Assembly: GCA_047150005.1 (NCBI GenBank)
Contig: AP038806.1
Coordinates: forward strand, 928,001 to 992,000
From: Nitrospira sp.
GTDB taxonomy: Bacteria > Nitrospirota > Nitrospiria > Nitrospirales > Nitrospiraceae
Length of the DNA: 64,000 nucleotides
Direction of reading: 5' to 3'
Made by a program: the position numbers and the translations under genes. The notes below the pieces were generated by a model. It ran no database searches. It was not told the DNA's origin and worked only from the letters and a program-made list of their open reading frames with translations. Shown here piece after piece: positions 61,034-64,000 of the stretch. The stretch's first letter is position 1. Each line of letters opens with the position of its first letter.

Positions 61034-61148
61034 GCCGCACCTGGTCGGTGCCGGTACCGATGGTGCTGACGCTGGACGAAATTCGCCGCGTTGCGTCTAT
61101 CTCCGACTCTGTGCCCGCCGCGCCCCGTACAACAGGGTCGGGGTCGTG

Positions 61149-61646
61149 ATGGACGCGAAGACGCACCGAGGGGTCTGCCGGCTGGTCGGATGGACCCTGT
61201 GCCTGCTTGTCGCCACGGCTTGGGCAGCGAACGATCCGGCGGTGCCGTTGCTCTGGCGCGAGATGAGCGACCAGGCCTCACAAGGGCGGCCCTTTCCGCC
61301 CAAGAAGCCCTGGGTCATCCGCGAACGGGAGATCGTCCTCGACCCCCAGCTCTTGGCGCTCTTGAAAAACGCCGCCGCGAGGCCAATTCCTCCGATTGCG
61401 ATCGACTTGTTTCACGGCCACGCCTATGAGCTCGATGTCAGTTCCAGCCTGGCACGTCTGTCGGACATCTCAACGGTGCGAGGCTCGCTGAAGCATGTGC
61501 CGAAGGGGAGTTGGTCGTTGATCATCAGCGGAAACGTGGTGAACGGCACGGTGCAGGTCGGAGACCGACTCTACAAAATTGAGCATGTGTTCAACGGACG
61601 ACATCGGCTTCTGGAAGTCGACCCGGCCAAGATGCCGCCGGACTAG
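61149..61646 (+). CDS. Exported hypothetical protein
   Basis: Signal peptide; beta-rich C-terminal part. Confidence 0.65.
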   Translation: MDAKTHRGVCRLVGWTLCLLVATAWAANDPAVPLLWREMSDQASQGRPFPPKKPWVIREREIVLDPQLLALLKNAAARPIPPIAIDLFHGHAYELDVSSSLARLSDISTVRGSLKHVPKGSWSLIISGNVVNGTVQVGDRLYKIEHVFNGRHRLLEVDPAKMPPD

Positions 61647-61691
61647 CCCCCAAGCGGGCGCGGTCCATCCAGCCGGGAGGAGCCACACATT

Positions 61692-62249
61692 ATGGCGACA
61701 CATCCCATGCTATGGACGATCGGCCATTCGACCAGATCGAGCGATGCATTCATGGCCGCCCTGCGCGCCTGGAGGATTGAGCAACTCGCAGATGTGCGGA
61801 GTATTCCTCGCTCGCGCCACAATCCGCAGTTCAACGCCGAGGCCCTGACCGCCGACATGACGCGGGCGGGCATGATCTACGTCAGAATGCCGGGACTCGG
61901 AGGCTTGCGGAAACCGTGGAAAGATTCGTTCAACAAGGGGTGGCGGAACGCCAGCTTTCGTGGGTATGCCGACTACATGCAAACCGATCAGTTCGCGACG
62001 TCACTGGAGGCGCTCATGACGGAGGCCGCTCGACGTCGTACCGCCATCATGTGCGCGGAAGCCGTCCCCTGGCGCTGCCATCGCCTCTTGATCGCCGACA
62101 CCCTGTTATCGCGGGGGTGGGCGGTTTACCACATCTTGTCGGACACCAATCTTCAACCGCACACACTGACCCCTTTCGCAAAGCTCGAATCCGGAACAGT
62201 GACCTACCCCGCACCGTCCAATTCCACCGAGACTCCATCTCTCTTCTAA
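61692..62249 (+). CDS. DUF488 family protein
   Basis: TIGHS, DVRSIP, LGGLR, MCAE..WRCHR. Confidence 0.9.
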   Translation: MATHPMLWTIGHSTRSSDAFMAALRAWRIEQLADVRSIPRSRHNPQFNAEALTADMTRAGMIYVRMPGLGGLRKPWKDSFNKGWRNASFRGYADYMQTDQFATSLEALMTEAARRRTAIMCAEAVPWRCHRLLIADTLLSRGWAVYHILSDTNLQPHTLTPFAKLESGTVTYPAPSNSTETPSLF

Positions 62250-62450
62250 ATCCTTCAGACAGGTGTCACGCTCCAACTCGGTCCGGCCTATCCCTCCCCC
62301 AACATACAACGGAAGCAGACTCTTCCTGCAATGGAACCGCTCTCGGGTGATGGCTGTGACTTCACCGACCTTCGTGGCTTGCCCAGACGACGGCAGGTCT
62401 GCTAAGGTGACCCGCGAAGTTAACTCGGTAGGATCCGCTGAATACCCTGC

Positions 62451-63485
62451 ATGGCGTGGGACCCCAAAGATCCTTGGAGCAAGAGAAGCGACCCGCTTGA
62501 GGATGTCCTGCGGCAGGCGCAGTCTCAACTCAGAAATTTCCTGCCCTCCGGCGGCTTTCGGAATATTCTGCTCGCGGGATTGCTGATTTTCCTGGTCTGG
62601 CAGAGCGCCTTCATCGTCGGTCCCGATGAAGAAGGTGTTGTGAAGCGTTTCGGCATCCCCGTGCGAACCCTTGGCCCCGGCCCTCACCTGAAGATTCCTC
62701 TTATCGAAACGGTGCTCCAGCCGAAAGTCGCGAAGCTCCATCGCGTCGAGATCGGATTTCGCACCGATCGGCAAGCTCGCCAGCAGATGATTCCCCAGGA
62801 AGCCCTCATGCTGACGGGAGACATGAACATCCTCGCCATCGAATTCATCGTGCAATACAAGATCAAGGAAGCCGCCGACTATCTGTTCAACGTGGCGGAC
62901 ATCCATGACACCATCGGCAAGGCAGCGGAAGCGTCGATGCGCGAAGTGATCGGCAAGAGTAAGATCGACGAAGCCCTGACAACGGGCAAGGCTCAGATTC
63001 AGCAGGATACTCAAGATCTGTTGCAGCGGATTCTGGATCAATACCAAGCCGGCGTGCAGATTGCGGCAATCCAGCTCCAAGATGTAGACCCCCCCGAGGC
63101 GGTGGCGGCGGCCTTTAAGGATGTGACAAACGCCAAGGAAGACCGCGAGAAACTGATTAATCAGGCAGTGGGCTATCGGAACGACATTCTGCCCAGGGCA
63201 AAAGGCGAAGCGGCCCAAACGGTCAACCAAGCCAAAGGTTACGGCCAAGCCCGCCTGAACCGAGCTCAAGGTGAGGCAAACCGGTTCCTGGCGACCTTAA
63301 AGGAATACAACCAAGCCAAGGACACGATCAGCAAGCGGATCTACATCGAGACCCTGGAAGAGATTCTTCCCAAGGTTGAGAAAATCATCATCGATGGGAA
63401 GGCGGGAGAACGGGTACTCCCGTATCTGCCGCTCGACCGTCAAGCCAAGAAGGCTTCGCCGTCGCCGGAAGGAGTCAAACCGTGA
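62451..63485 (+). CDS. hflK: FtsH modulator HflK
   Basis: MAW start, GVVKRFG, MLTGDMN, AFKDV, RIYIETLE. Confidence 0.93.
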   Translation: MAWDPKDPWSKRSDPLEDVLRQAQSQLRNFLPSGGFRNILLAGLLIFLVWQSAFIVGPDEEGVVKRFGIPVRTLGPGPHLKIPLIETVLQPKVAKLHRVEIGFRTDRQARQQMIPQEALMLTGDMNILAIEFIVQYKIKEAADYLFNVADIHDTIGKAAEASMREVIGKSKIDEALTTGKAQIQQDTQDLLQRILDQYQAGVQIAAIQLQDVDPPEAVAAAFKDVTNAKEDREKLINQAVGYRNDILPRAKGEAAQTVNQAKGYGQARLNRAQGEANRFLATLKEYNQAKDTISKRIYIETLEEILPKVEKIIIDGKAGERVLPYLPLDRQAKKASPSPEGVKP

Positions 63486-64000
63486 GCAAGCAGGGCTTGA
63501 CCGTCGCGATGCTCGCCGTGCTGTTCGCGTTGTTTGTGCTGGGCGCCTCCCCCTTGTTCGTGGTCGACGTCACCCAGACAGCCATCGTCGTGCAGCTTGG
63601 GAAGCCCATCCGTACCGTGACGGAACCAGGCTTATATGTGAAGGTGCCCTTCGCGCAGGAAGTCACCTATTTTGACAAGCGGTTGCTAGATTATGATTCC
63701 GACGCGCAAGACGTGATCACCCAAGACAAGAAAACGTTGCTCTTGGACAATTTTGCCAAATGGCACATCACCGATCCTCTGAAGGTGTATCAGAATTTCC
63801 AAAGCCAGCGCGGAGCGCTGCAGCGGCTGCATGACATCATTTACTCGGAGCTTCGGGTGGAATTGGGCAGACACGATCTACTCGAGATCGTATCAACCGC
63901 TCGCGCCGAGCTCATGCGGGTCGTGACACAACGGGCAAACGAAAAGGCCTCGGCCTACGGCATTGCGATCCAGGATGTGAGGATAAAACGAGCGGACCTT
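63482..64000 (+). CDS. hflC: FtsH modulator HflC (3' truncated by window)
   Basis: GTG overlapping the hflK stop; AIVVQLGKP..EPGLYVKVP..FDKRLL..ITQDKK..DVRIKRADL. Confidence 0.9.
   Translation, partial: MSKQGLTVAMLAVLFALFVLGASPLFVVDVTQTAIVVQLGKPIRTVTEPGLYVKVPFAQEVTYFDKRLLDYDSDAQDVITQDKKTLLLDNFAKWHITDPLKVYQNFQSQRGALQRLHDIIYSELRVELGRHDLLEIVSTARAELMRVVTQRANEKASAYGIAIQDVRIKRADL

Overview
GC-rich bacterial chromosome segment. Gene content and order suggest Nitrospira/Nitrospirota, but this is inference and was not tested. Most of the window is housekeeping or conserved accessory genes: folE-queD-erpA-ferredoxin-nuoF-like, mdh, a NorQ/NorD-type AAA+/VWA pair, FTR, signalling kinases, KamA-dcd-glycosyltransferases, grxD-bolA, PBP, transporters and hflKC. 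Four things stand out. (1) FolE carries a 339-aa LAGLIDADG intein whose +1 residue is the Zn-ligand Cys of the CEHH motif. (2) A ~12 kb defence island (about 26.6-38.6 kb) with no integrase or transposase holds a type I R-M locus. Its cargo genes (DUF1016 nuclease, AAA-DUF4143) are each bracketed by duplicated hsdM 3' or hsdR 5' ends, like recombination cassettes. (3) All three Hsd subunits carry in-frame palindromic CCCTCTCCC..GGGAGAGGG repeats (8 cores at 5 sites). (4) Two further short repeat families also sit in frame inside proteins. Coordinates were read by hand; start codons are best guesses where noted.
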